From Eledone cirrhosa (lineage: Eukaryota), in assembly GCA_964016885.1 (NCBI GenBank), contig OZ024741.1, forward strand, positions 241,738,001 through 241,802,000: a stretch of 64,000 bases of DNA, in the 5' to 3' direction. Both the position numbers and the translations under genes were made by a program. Shown piece by piece: positions 1 through 13,005 of this stretch (within the stretch, counting starts at the first letter, position 1; each line of letters starts with the position of its first letter). Below the pieces are notes generated by a model. The model saw nothing but the letters and a program-made list of their open reading frames with translations. It searched no databases and was not told where the DNA came from.

Positions 1-334
1 GAGATGCCTTTATTACTGGGATCACCTCAAACCTCTGACTTCTTCTCTTCAATGATATTAGTTATATAATGTGGAAAATACTGAGTTTAAAAGCGGGCAG
101 GGTTTAGTTTATTGGTCCAGATCCTAGAGCGTTAAGAAGGGTTCTGTGAATATCTGATAAATCCCACTTCAAAAAGAAAAAAAAACAACCTTTAACCCCT
201 TCCATTTTGAGAGGAGCTTCCCATTCTCCTGCTGACTTTGAAAACTGTTTTGTTACATCTTACAAAGTTTCCCTCAAAATCTTTGGAAAAAAATTACACC
301 ATGAGCGTTGCTGAAACAATTTTAGCATCAAGTT

Positions 335-500
335 TAAAAATCACCAAAGACTGGGACACCCTAAAGCCACCAGAGGCTGGGACACCATTGTCACCATACC
401 ATGACTTCTAAAATCACCAAAGGTTGTGACGCCATGGTCATCATTCCATATGCCCCCCTAAAATTACCAAAGGCCGGGACCCTATATCATATATCCCCTA
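335..500. repeat. Degenerate ~50-bp tandem repeat, ~4 copies
   Basis: Recurring taaaatcaccaaagg(c/t)tgggacacc motif. Confidence 0.6.
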
Positions 501-654
501 AGAAATTGCACTGACATCACATAACTATGTTGTGACACAACTATTTTAAACTTCAGCAGGTTCTAATCTATTCAACTCTACTTTGAAACAAACCAAGGAA
601 AGAAAATAGACTACATAACCTTCAAAATGTTAAAGTCTGTCATAAAGCATCAAG

Positions 655-813
655 CTCATCATATGTTAAGTGACTGAGAGTGCAAGTCTTCCCCCAGGAC
701 AGGATGCCAGTCCATCACAGGGTTAACTTTCAACTGAGTGTATTGGAACAACATGAAATGAAGTCTTTTGCCCAAGAGCACAATGACCACCTGGTCCAGG
801 AATCAACCCCACA
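655..813 (-). mobile_element. Degenerate tRNA-derived SINE (same family as 17575-17836 and 21111-21393)
   Basis: Shares gactgagagt.caag..tcccc..ggacagga.gccagtccat.acagggtta and gaaatgaagt.ttttgc.caaga with those copies. Confidence 0.65.
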
Positions 814-977
814 ACAAATCCTCAAAAAAATACTAAACACACCACTGATATCTTGATATGTTTTAGCAACCAACAACTCCCTAATTTCCTCACTCATATG
901 AAATTTATGTAATCGATAGATGGATAGAAAGATTAGATAGATTGAGGGAGAGAGAGGAAAGAAAGATTAAATAGATA

Positions 978-1070
978 TCTTTCTTTATTTGCCACAGGGG
1001 CGTACAAAAATGGGACATTACAAGACGTGACGGCGGGGGTTTTACATAAAAATAACTTTAACATTAACAT
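978..1070 (-). mobile_element. Extremely 5'-truncated Tx1/L1-type LINE 3' end with 20-bp TSD
   Basis: ttatttgccacagggg..acaa..gggaca.tacaa matches 8258-8330; flanked by identical aaagaaagattaaatagata at 958-977 and 1071-1090. Confidence 0.7.
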
Positions 1071-1304
1071 AAAGAAAGATTAAATAGATAGATGGATAGA
1101 CAGACAAACAGAAACATAGATAGACTGACAGATAGAAAGATAGACAGACAGACAGAAAAATAGATAGACCGACCGACAGACAGGTTGGTAGGTAGATAGA
1201 CAGATAGATAGATGGATATGTTCACCTCAAATTATTCTCTGTACAATGTACATAACAACAATTGGCTACAATAAGTAAATAGTATTTGAATGTGGAGTTC
1301 TTAC

Positions 1305-3695
1305 CTGTGTAGTTCTCTGTGACCACCTTGATAATGATGAAGACTTCCATTCATTTCGTGATTCATCAACTGGATAGAGATGTCCGTGCATTGATAAAGA
1401 GTTACCTCCCATTATATCATCTGGATTGCACGATACTGGCACTGTGTTGTTAGTCTGTGAGATTAACTGTCGCATTTCATTCCTCGGGTGTTTCGAGGTT
1501 GATATGGCTGTGTGTTGTAGAGCTCTGTTCTGATTCCTAGTTCTAATCACACACAAAGTCACTGAAATTACAATTACCACTGATAGAATCACAGCTACCG
1601 GTACAATAATTACAACCCAGGTAACATCAATTAAACTATCTGACTGTTGGTGGACAGCAGCTAACATTGGTGATGTGGTGTTGCTAACACTTAACGATAA
1701 AGTTAATGTTGTTACTGCTGATAGTGATGGCATGCCACTGTCTTTCACCATGAACTTTAGGTCATAATTACCAGCATCGTTTTGGTAAACAGTCCGAGAG
1801 AAGGACAGAACCCCCGTGTAAGGGTTCACTGTAAACAGATGTTTGTCATTACCCCCAATTATATCATATTTCAGGAAAGCATTTTCTTGGCTATCCCTAT
1901 CAGAGGCCTTCAGTACTGTGAGATCATTCTTGCTCTGTGGATGGTAATAAAAGTCCAGACTGAATGGATCAACACTTGGAAATGTAAAATAGGGAGCATT
2001 ATCATTTTCATCCACCACCTTAACGATAATGTTTGCTGTACTGTTTAAAGATGGCGTCCCATTGTCTTTAACGAAAACCTTAAATTTGTAAACCTCTTGC
2101 TGTTCTCTATCTAGAGAGGATTTTGTTGATATGAATCCATAGTTTGTTATCTGAAATGGGATGTCATTCCTGTCACTGCCCAATAGAAAATAGGTCAATT
2201 GACCACCCAAATCAAGATCGGGGTCAGTGGCATTAATAAAACCAACAGGAAAGTTTGATTTTTCATTTTCATAAGTGAGGAACTTGAATGTGTCTTTGGT
2301 AAACTGTGGTTTCACATCGTTGACATCTGTAACTCGAATTGAGAATCTGTTTTCAGCCCTTAATGGTGGAGAACCTCGATCACTACATCTTATAATAATG
2401 TCATAGTGATCTTCTGTTTCTCGGTCAACAGAATTCTTCACAATCACTTTATATTCCTTAAAACCAAAATTCAGCAGTTGGAATTTGTCATGTTGTAGGT
2501 TACAACTGACCTCTCCATTCAGTCCCATGTCATTGTCAGTGACCATAACATATGCAAGAAAACTGCCTGCTTCAATATCTTCAGAGATTGATGCTACATT
2601 CTCAGTCAATGTAAACACAAAGTCCACCTCAATATTTGGGGCATTATTTTGTTGGTTAATAACATTCACCAAAACAATAGCTGTTGAACTTAACGGGGGT
2701 TCTCCAGCATCAGTAGCATCTACAAATAATTTATAGATTACCTTTTGACCCACTGGGAATATTTTCTGCAATAAAATCTCCCCAGAAGTTTTATTCAGTT
2801 GAAAATGAGTCCTGGCTACATCTGAAGTTTTGGGGCTGAAATGGTATAAAACTTTGCTGTTTTCTTCTGAATCCTGGTCTTTGGCTAGTAACACAACAAC
2901 TGGCATAGACATTTGATGTGTGTTTTTGATGGACACATTATACATTTGATGTGAAAACGCTGGAGGGTTGTCATTGACATCATTCACTGAAATTTGGACA
3001 TTTAAAACACACTGCATGGGTAATGCACCTCCATCTTTAGCTATGACCTGTAACATATATGTATCTTTCTCCTCTCGGTCCAGCTTCCCTTCTAAGATGA
3101 TGGCTAGATTAGCTCGGCCATCAATTCTTTTGAAAACAGATAGAGAAAAAAGCCGATTGTTGTTGTTCCTTAACTGGTATGTTATCTGAGAGTTGAGAAT
3201 ACCAACATCTTTATCAATAGCATTTGGTACAGATATCTTTGAACCTTTACCATCTCTTTCAGAAAACTGGATGTTGACTTCTTTCACTGGAAATTGTGGA
3301 ACATGGTCGTTTATATCTTGAATAATAACTTTAATTTTCAGAATTTTCATAAATTTCTTTGCTTTACGAACAGCTACTTTAACAATTCTGAAACATTCCT
3401 TGTTGTAAGTACACAAAGTTTCAGCATCCAGAGTCTGAGCAGTGAACAATTTGCCATTACTACTGACATTAAACAATTGGACACTGATGCCTGACCCTCT
3501 TCGTTGAAGTTGACTGAAGGTGATTAAGTTGACATGTTCAGGGACCACCCTGTCAGCTAAATGAGAGTCGGCTGCAATGTTTCCTATATAAGATCCTATA
3601 GTTTTTTCTTCCTTCACATGGTAGATGAGGTTGGATGTTGAACAGCTTGGTAGAAGAAGTAAAAATGAAAGAGCTATACACAAAGGTTTCCACAT
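1305..3695 (-). CDS. Protocadherin, coding part of the large exon (signal peptide, 6 cadherin repeats, TM helix, start of cytoplasmic tail); continues in a downstream exon
   Basis: 809-aa ORF with hydrophobic signal, cadherin motifs (LDAE/LDRE, DINDHVPQF, DVNDNPPAF, DVNDVKPQF, DENDNAPYF, A.D.D.G.N), C-x5-C in EC1 (CTYNKEC) and TM VTWVVIIVPVAVILSVVIVISVTLCVI. A donor CAG|GTAAGA at 1305/1304 makes the last 12 ORF residues (1266-1304) probably intronic. Confidence 0.95.
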
Positions 3696-3742
3696 ATTTC
3701 AGTTGGCAGTGGGTTGCTATCACAAATCTAGCAGATATTCTC

Positions 3743-3765
3743 CTGAAAAGAAAAAAGAAAATATA
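3743..3765 (-). other. Splice acceptor (polypyrimidine tract + CAG) of the protocadherin large exon
   Basis: Minus strand reads ttttcttttttcttttcAG|GAGAATATC; the exon starts at 3742, 47 nt before the ATG. Confidence 0.8.
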
Positions 3766-3844
3766 AGAACACAAATTAAGGCTTGTTATAAATAGACAAT
3801 TCTATCTATCTTACAAATGTCTTTCAATATTTTACACAAATTGT

Positions 3845-4289
3845 GAAGGTGTATGGCTAAATGGTTAGAGCATTGGGCTTGCAATCGAAAGGTTGTGAGT
3901 TCAATTCTCGGACCGGGTGGTGTGTTGTTTCCATGAGCAAGACACTTTATTTCACATTGCTCCAGTTTACTCAGCTGTAGAAATAAGATGATAGGACTGG
4001 GGTCCCTATCATTCCACTGCAAAGTGGTTGTGGAGGTGCCATACAAAAAAAGCACCCAGCCCACACTGTAAAGTGGACATGTAGGCGCCACAGAAAAAAA
4101 GCACCCAGCACTCACTGTAAATGAGGTTAGTGTTAGGAAGGGCATCCAGCTGTAGAAATCAAGCCAGAATCAGTTCCCGTATGAGCAAGACAAGGTCTCA
4201 ACTGACTGGACACTGCCCGCAACAAGACACCCCATCTAACTCATGCTAGTGTGGAAGAACGGATGTAAAAACGGTGATGATGATGATGA
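3845..4289 (+). mobile_element. tRNA-derived CORE-type SINE with RTE-derived 3' tail
   Basis: A box TGGCTAAATGG, B box GTTCAATTC, CORE-like tgagcaagacactttatttcac; 4014-4289 closely matches the RTE 3' UTR at 45612-45887; ends in (TGA)n. Confidence 0.85.
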
Positions 4290-4476
4290 GTAAAATTTTA
4301 CCGACATGGTGTATGTATCCCAATTTATAAGAATAGGTACATCATATCCCTGCATGTTGTAACATTTGACTAAAAGGGTTGATATCAGGTAGGATATCAA
4401 GCATTGCCTTAAGACATTCTGTCAAACCCATGCTAACATCGAAAAATGAGGGTATAAAAGAAAAAAAAATGGAAAC

Positions 4477-5250
4477 TAATCCTCTGAGGTTGATAAGATA
4501 ATGTACAAGTGTTGCAGTGGGGTTTATGAAATAAAGTACCAGTGGTGCTGATTAAATAAGTAAAAGTTATGTAATAAGGCTAATAAGATAATATACCAGT
4601 TATATCATGGGAATTAATAAAATAATGAACTAGTTATATGGTGAGGTTTGATAAAATAAAGTACCAGTAATGTAATTCAGTTAATAAAATATGTACCAAC
4701 GATGTAGTATAGTTGATAAAAATAATGTACCAGTTATATGGTGAGGGTTGATAAAATAATGTACCAGTAATGTAATGGAGTTAATAAAATATGTATCAGT
4801 TATATGGTGAGGGCTGATAAAATAATGTACCAGTTATATGGTGAGGGTTGATAAAATAATGTACCAGTTATATGGTGAGGGTTGATAAAATAAAGTACCT
4901 GTTATATGGTGAGGGTTGATAAAATAATGTACCAGTTATATGGTGAGGGTTGATAAAATAATTGTTTCTACTTTAGGCACAAGGCCAGCAAATACCCAGT
5001 GCATTACTGCTACTTTATTTTATCGACCCCGTAAGGATGAAAGGCAAAGTTAACCTCGGAGGGATTTGAACTCAGATCGTAAAGGGACGTAACTATGCTG
5101 GAAAGCAAGGTGTCTGACTCTCTACCGATACTGCCAATCCACCACCCAGATGGTTGATAAAATAATGTTCCAGTTATATGGTGAGGGTTGATAAAATAAA
5201 GTATCAGTGATGTGGCAGGGCTGATAAAATAATATACCAGTGATGCACTG
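4477..5250 (+). repeat. 34-bp minisatellite derived from a SINE central domain, interrupted by a SINE
   Basis: Unit gttgataaaataatgtaccagttatatggtgagg (period 34, e.g. 4847 and 4881). Confidence 0.85.
4963..5151 (-). mobile_element. tRNA-derived SINE (ctttcatccttacggggtcgataaaataaagtaccag family)
   Basis: Reverse complement of the copy at 19215-19402; ggttgataaaataat on both sides (4948-4962, 5152-5166). Confidence 0.85.
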
Positions 5251-5547
5251 GGGTAAATTTAAACACTATCCACTGTTCCCATAATTTATGGCTTTATACC
5301 AATGTTAAACGTTAGTATTTCCTAGAGCTATATTTTTCATACAAAAAAAAAAAAAACTACAAGGGATTTATCTGGCGTTGTTGTTGTCGTTGTTGTGGTG
5401 GACCCCAAGCAATGGTAGAAGTTATTTGACCAAAGTACAACACAGGGAGATTGAACATGAAACCACGTAGCTGCAAAACAGGTGTTTTAACCCCGCAAAC
5501 AAACTACCCACATGCAAAGACACATCAGGCATAGCATCACATAAGGT

Positions 5548-5618
<71 letters not shown>

Positions 5619-6210
5619 GAGAGAGAGAGAAGGTGAGAGAGAGAGAGAGAGAGAGGGGGGAGGATACAATACTCTCTCTTAGACAGAACAGCTAGTAAGA
5701 CATAGCAGACACACGAACACAGCAGATACACTCATACGACATACGCATACAGCACACACGCTTATAACACACACGCATATAACACACACTTGCAGCACAC
5801 ATTAAAAGAAGTTCACTAGAGTTGCTTCCCTTGGACCAGAAAACACAGAATTGTTTAAAATCTATTATAGTTATTCTTGATCATACGTATCATTGAAATA
5901 GATGTTGGAAAGTTTCTGATTCACTGGTAGAATACTCATAGTATCTTAGGCCCTTCTTTCTAATATTATTCCTGGAAATTATCTCCCCTAGCCATTGGTA
6001 GGATTAAGGCAAAATATTGAATCCTTATTTTCCAAAACTGCCCCTAAAGACCGCATCTCAAATCTCCCTTTCACTTCAACACATCATGTGGGTATGTGTG
6101 TGTGTGTGCATGTATGTGTGCTTGGTAAGGAGGGTTATTTTGGGCACCCTACGGGATGAAAAACAAAACCCATCAATGGGTGGAAGAATCCAATAAAGTA
6201 TTTAAAAAAA

Positions 6211-6530
6211 TTTTTTTTTTTTTGTTGAGCGAGAGATTTAATTAAGACATCTCTCGAGGAGAAGGTCACTCATATAAAACCTGAGACTTTGCTTGCAACC
6301 AATGAAGTAGACCAGTCGACTTTTTGGGCAAATGAATTCGATGTTCAGAGAGTGGGATTGGCTCCATGCAAAGCTTTTCCTCACTTAAAAAAGCATCAAA
6401 GACAGGTATCGCTTGATATGTGATATTTTTTGCGATGCATGGCATGGCTGGCCATAGGCAAGTCCCTAGCAGGACTAAAACGCCACATCTATGACACTCA
6501 TGCGATGGCATTACTCGAAATAGAGTGCAG
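6211..6530 (-). mobile_element. Possible retroposed LINE 3' fragment with poly(A)
   Basis: Higher-complexity block ending on the minus strand in attaaa...A13; family not identified. Confidence 0.3.
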
Positions 6531-6954
6531 TCATTATGTATCTATGTATGGATGGATTGATTGATCTGGAACTACTGGTGTAATTGTAGAGATGCAGTAG
6601 TGATTATTCTGTGGACATTTAAAACTTGGCAGAGGTCTGAATGCAGCTTTCTTCCAGAGAAAGTGAGAGAGAGAAAGAGAAAGAAAGAAAGTGAGAAAGC
6701 GTTATGTAGAAAGATTCGACCTCTGTACTGGGCCAATATTTTCTTTATTGACTCTGAAAGGATGAAAGACAAAGTTAAGATTTAAACACAGAGAGTGTAG
6801 AGAGCTGAAACACATTCCACAAAGAAATCCTTCCAATGTCACTAGAACACTGTAGCTGCATGAATATAATAAAATCACTGCCTCATACAAACTGTAAACT
6901 CTATCACCATACATAATGAGGCTTACTTTTGCATGGGCAGTACTTGTCTATTGT

Positions 6955-7270
6955 GAAGGTACATGGTTTAGTGTTGAGGGTATTTGCCTTACGATTGTAA
7001 GGTTGTGAATTTGATTCCTAGTGGTGTGTTATGTTCTTGAGCAAGACAATTTATTTCACATTGATTAACTCCACTCAGCTGGCAAAAAATGAGTTGTACC
7101 TGCAATTCTAAAGGCTAACTTTATTAAAAATGTTTCATGTTAAATCTCCTTGAGATTAAGGGGCAATGTGTCTGTGGGATGCTCAGTCACTTGCTTGTTA
7201 ATTTTACAAGCAAGCTATTTCCCTGTTTGACCAACTTGTATGCCCATTGTTAGATTTAACAGAGGTCCAA
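6955..7270 (+). mobile_element. Degenerate CORE-type SINE with a different tail
   Basis: gtgaaggtacatggtttagtg head and ttgagcaagacaatttatttcacattg core, as in 3845-4289. Confidence 0.6.
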
Positions 7271-8136
7271 CAACTAATCTACATCATTCCAGTCTTTCAC
7301 TAGTGCTCAGTTTTTTCTCTCAGCACATCATTGTTAATACACATTAATATTACATATCTAACATAGTATTTTTACTTCATTACTTCAGTTCTTTCCAGCC
7401 TTTACATATCTACCATTTTCTGTGCCCATGTCTCCACACCATGCAAAATTCATGTACAACATCACCCAATCTAACCAGCACTCTGAGGGAGAATTCATTT
7501 GTTGTTAATAGAGGTGCTGTATATACTCAAGTATCAGTCACACCAACAGCTAAGGCAAACCTTCATTTTACATACAATATTTTGATATTTTCATTGTAAC
7601 CATATATTTTGATTTGGGGTTTTCTAGGTCCACCAGATAACATGCTGGTTTTCCACTCTGACCTTGCTTTGGTTACAACACTTTTGCAACACCCACCAGC
7701 TTCACTTCTAATTAGCTCATCTAAATCCCTTTAAGATGTTGCTTCAGCATGGCCACAGTCTAATGAATGAAAGCAGTTGAATAAATATAAACACACAAAC
7801 ACAGACACATATATATATTTAAATTTATCTTTACTATATATAGAAATTATATCTACAGGACTAGAACTGTTTACTTTGTATGAAATCATCAAGAGATTCC
7901 TGATAATTTCATATGAATGAAACAGGTCTAGTCCTGTAGATAACCCCCGACACAACTCAGGAATCTACATACATATACGTATTATGTATGTATGTATAAA
8001 GATAAATAAATAATGATATATTAGCTATCTTCCTTGATTGAGCACAAAAGGTAAAAGGAAAACACTGTTTTCCTTTTACCTTTTTCACACCTATGGATAT
8101 TTTCAACACACACACACACACACATATATATATGTA

Positions 8137-8189
<53 letters not shown>

Positions 8190-8257
8190 TAATATATATT
8201 TATGTTATTCTTTTACTAGTTTCAGACATTACATAATAAATAAATAGGGACGAATCA

Positions 8258-10643
8258 TTATTTATTTATTTGCCACAAGGGCGCACAAGAAAAGGGGACA
8301 ATACAAAGACACATGCCAGGGATTTTACATACAGTCGTGTAAAAAAAATATAAAAACAAACAATTACAACAACCAAAATCTCCAATAGGGGTGAAGCGCC
8401 ACAAATGGATTGTTTAATACCCCGTCGATAGAACAACCCTCAACTCCAGGAGCGTGTTGTGCAAGTGCTGCCTTCTTCCTTTTGCTCTCTTCTTTAACCT
8501 ACAGACTTATAAACAGAGAAGGCCCAATCACTCTGGCCATTTTTGCCACATTCACCCACCTTTCAGTAAATTTACTGGGGTGCAGTACCTTTCTCTCCAC
8601 CCTGATTCTCCTTCTAAAGTGATACTTAAAGAAGGGAATCAATTGTTGTCCGGAGAGAAAGGCATCTGTCCTCAGTCCTCTCAATCTCGTCCACCATATA
8701 ACTTCTTTCACCATAGCCACTGTACAGAGGTAAACCGCCTCTCTTTCGTTTTTGAAAGAGGCTGGGGGTTTGATCCTTACTATGGACTCGGCAGTCAACT
8801 GGATTTGTCCCATACGCGACAGCAGTTGTTCTGCATAGTTCCACAGGTCGCTTACACCTGAGCAGTGTACAATTGCATGCAGGACGGTTTCAATGTCCTG
8901 CGCGGATCTTGGACACATCCTCTTGGAAGGATCCCTGCCGGGGCGTCCGTGTCTTTAGTTCTTGTCACAAACCAGTAGAGCTCCTCAGTAGCACTGCCAA
9001 GCCAGGGACCTCTGGAAGTTGTCCATAGGTCCCAGGCGGAAAGTTCTACCAAACAGACTGGTGAGCTCATCATCTTCGACGCCCAGAGTCTCTCCGAGCA
9101 TGTCGTCGCCCTTGTAACATACAATCCCTCTATAAAATGTTGAAGTGGAGTCTCCACTGATTGCTGTGCCCGCTTGCCAGAGGACTGTGAGCGCCTGAGT
9201 GCATTCAATGTGCCAGGTGCCCATCGTTTTTTGACCCAGGACTGCAGTTCCATCAGCGAGACGAGCTGCAGGAAAGCCTGTCTCACAAACGGTGCCCACA
9301 CCGGTTGGGGGTTGGTGAGGAATACCTGGAGATGCCGCAGCTTCAGCGCATGTTTGCGCATCATCAGCCACGGCATTCCCAGCCCTCCGTTGGAAGGGTG
9401 CTGACAGCAGACAGATCTCCTCACCAGCGGAGCCTGCTTCTTCCACAGAAACTGGAAGAGCATGCATTCCATCTTGGCAAGGTGTTCACGGGGACAAGGC
9501 ACGACAGTCAAGCAATATTAGATGACGGATGCTATGAAAGTGTTCGCCACCTCCGCTCGACCTTTCAAGGACAGTTTGCACTCTGCCCACTTCTGGGTTA
9601 GCGCAAACATCTTGGCCGTGACCTCGTTCCAGTTTTTCTCCACCTGGAGGTCTGGACCAAACCAGACCCCGAGCAATTTCACCGGTCCATCCATCCAGCA
9701 TCCAACGATGCTGCCGGATATCATCGGTTTGCCTCTCCACGTACCGAGTTGCAAACCGACAGACTTGTCTGGGTTTAGTTTTGCTCCCGTCAGCGTTTCG
9801 TATTCTTTCAGTAAGTTGCCGATCACCCCGATTTCCGAGGTGCTCGACACCATTACCGTCACGTCGTCAACATCAGCCGATGCCGCTTTGCACAGTCCCG
9901 GTTCTACAGGGATGCCCTGCAACAGCTCCAATTTCCGCAGTAGTGGCTCTAGAGTCAATATGTACAGAATGGAGGAGAGAGGGCACCCCTGTCGAATGGA
10001 ACGCATGATTGCGAACGGCTCCGATAGGTAGCCGTTCACCTTGACCCTCGAGCAGATGCTGGTGTGTATCGCCTCGATCCAGCCTCTGAAAACGGGACCG
10101 GAACCGGCCGCCTTGAGAACCGTTTCTAAGTATCAATGGTCGACCCTATCGAATGCCTTAAACTGATCCAAATTGATCAGCGCCCCACCGAAGCTGGGTT
10201 TACTACCCACCCTCTCTATGATGTATCGCATGAGGTGGAGGTTGTCGTGTATGGACCTGGTCGGGATTGCACACGTTTGCGCTTTCTCTACCAGGTTCTC
10301 GACAACAAGCGCCAACCTCGTCGCTAGCACCTTGGCCAAAATCTTTAACTCTGTGTTGAGCAGAAGAGTTATGGGCCTGAAGTTGTTAATTTTGTCCCGC
10401 TTGTTCTCGTCTTTCCTGATCAGCGTTACTACACCCTTGGCTGCAGAACTGGGTATTCTCCCGTTCTGCTGCCAATTGCAGTAGACGGCTTCGAGGACGC
10501 CAGAGAACAAGTCTGGCATGCCTATGTAAAACTCATAGGGTAGACCATCTAGACCAGGTGACTTGTGTTTCCCGCAGCGGCCCAGAGCGTCCCGTATCTC
10601 AGTGTCCGTGATCGGTCTTTCGCAAAACTCGGCGTCTGTGTTC
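8258..10643 (-). mobile_element. 5'-truncated, frameshifted L1/Tx1-clade LINE (RT, C-terminal zinc knuckle, 3' UTR)
   Basis: Overlapping ORFs with KSPGLDGLPYEFY, FRPITLL, KAFDRVDH, RQGCPLS, degenerate YADD (ADVDD), GGLGMP and CPR..ETVLHAIVHC; (AAAT)n tail at 8258. Confidence 0.9.
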
Positions 10644-11069
10644 AAGAGTAATACTGTACTATATATTTTCAACTGTAATACTGTACTATATATTTTCAAC
10701 AATAATACTGTACTATATATTTTCAACAGTAGTACTGTACTATATATTTTCAACAGTAATACTGTACTATATATTTTCAACAGTAATACTGTACTATATA
10801 TTTTCAACAGTAATACTGTACTATATATTTTCAACAGTAATACTGTACTATATATTTTCAACAGTAATACTGTACTATATATTTTCAACTGTAATACTAT
10901 ACTATATATTTTCAACAGTAATACTGTACTATATATTTTCAACAGTAATACTATACTATATATTTTCAACAGTAATACTATACTATATATTTTCAACAGT
11001 AATACTATACTATATATTTTCAACAGTAATACTGTACTATACTATATACTTTCAACAGTAATACTATAC
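10641..11069. repeat. 27-bp tandem array, ~16 copies
   Basis: Unit ttcaacagtaatactgtactatatatt (source of the KIYSTVLLL repeat in the ORF track). Confidence 0.95.
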
Positions 11070-11328
11070 AACACAGACGGCTTATCATCTGTTTATGCCA
11101 GCGAAGCTTGGTACGTCAGCTATATATATATATTTGGATGCCGTAGAACACGCGAATGGTAGCCGGGCACCAGCCAGACGAGCCAGCTAGTATATATATA
11201 TATATATATATACATTATTAAATAATGTAATGTGTATATATCCATTATTATATAATGTAATATACTTGTTATTTTATTTTGAGTTATTCTCATGCTTGTA
11301 AATGGATAATATTTAATATTACCCACAT

Positions 11329-11400
<72 letters not shown>

Positions 11401-11461
11401 CAATTATAGGGCAGTCTCCCTTCCTTTACCCTTTCTACGGAAATACTTCATATATATATAT

Positions 11462-11572
11462 ATCATCATCATCATCATCATTTTACGTCCGCTTTTCCCT
11501 GCTTGCAAGGGTGGGACGGGTCCTATTCAGCACAGCATCTCTCCACTTGTCACGGTCCTTTGTCAATCTCCA
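11462..11572 (-). mobile_element. 3' end of a second RTE family (here called RTE-B)
   Basis: Minus strand encodes RLTKDRDKWRDAVLNRTRPTLASREKRT* followed by aa(TGA)n; homologous to the C-terminus of the 1039-aa ORF. Confidence 0.75.
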
Positions 11573-11962
11573 CCGTATATATATATATATTGTATTCCAC
11601 CTGGTTGTGGTGGAGCTAATAACATTGTTAGAACTCAATCTGTCCTTGGAAAGATGTTTGCAGTGAGATTAAGCAGTGTGACCAGTAGTTTTTGTGCTAG
11701 GTGATCACTGCCTACAGTATCCTTGAAGAATATCTGTCTAGGTCACAGAGTCATTTACATATGTGTTTGTGTATAGAACAATTAAAAAAAAAGATAGAAG
11801 TCCAGTGTTGGTAGATAGTTAGTTCATTGTTTTAGGATCGTTTCAGGGGGTCGATTGATTGTTGGAGATCGATGTATCGAATAGCATGGTAGTGGTTAAG
11901 TTACTACCTATTTCTAGTCTCAAAATCCCTGTTCAATGAGCCGTTTTCTTCAGAAACACACA

Positions 11963-12102
<140 letters not shown>

Positions 12103-12469
12103 TAAGATGTACATACATATAGATGCATAAGTATAAACACACACACACATGGGTGTGTGTGTTTTTGTGGTGTCCCGATTGTACAATTTCACCAAGTGGT
12201 ATGCAGCCAGAGTGCAACTAACGTGCACTAGGGCCATGAGGTTATCAGCTTTTCAAGAGACCCCTTAATGAAAGGACGAATTCTTGAATTGATCGCTACC
12301 AGTGAAAAATTCTTGGGAAGGAGTATTATTATGTGGAATAATGGTCACAGAAGGTGGGGGTAAAGGCTGGATGTTTGGCAAGTAATATATTTGCTATAAG
12401 AAGCATCCAGTACCTGCCTAATTTTACTCAACTGTAAGGGAGTTGGGACAAAATAATATTGGCTGCATT

Positions 12470-13005
12470 AATAATGTTGATGACCATGTCGATACCAGTG
12501 CAGACTCCTCTCTTGCACATTACATCCAGTTCCTCTTATGCCAATTTGTTCTCTCAGTTCACTTATGGTATATCGTACATGCACACTAACATTACACATC
12601 CATCGGAGCATACTTGCTTTATTTCTCTCCAGCCTTCACAGGTCTTCTGCGGTTAAGGCCAATATTTCCCAGCCATGTAGCATTGCAGTTTGAATGCAGG
12701 CATCATACAGTCTACCCTTCACTCTTAGCGAGAGGCCTATTTTTGTCAGCAGAGCTAACAGCTCTCTAAACCTCTTCCAGCCTATTCTGATCCTAGCTAT
12801 CGCTCTTTCAGTGCATTCTCTCCCATTGTTAATTTCATCACCTAAGTAACAACAGCTATTGACAACTTCTATGGAGCTTCCCTGTCAGCTGAAGGAATCT
12901 ATTTCATGTGAATTCTTAATGCTTACTTCGCCTGTGTATCTGCCACATACAAAGTCTATCTTTTCTCTAAATCTGCCTGCAATCTCCTGTGTCCATAGTT
13001 CTATA
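12470..13005 (-). pseudogene. Degenerate RTE RT C-terminal fragment
   Basis: Recognisable homology to 44950-45400 (catcggagcatacttgc, cctaagtaacaacagctattgac). Confidence 0.65.

Noticed and set aside
1782-3494. Short plus-strand ORFs overlapping the protocadherin
   Set aside because: Antisense shadows of a real coding exon with no recognisable domains.
3845-3920. tRNA gene
   Set aside because: It has A/B boxes but no proper acceptor stem and continues into SINE core and tail; multiple copies are present.
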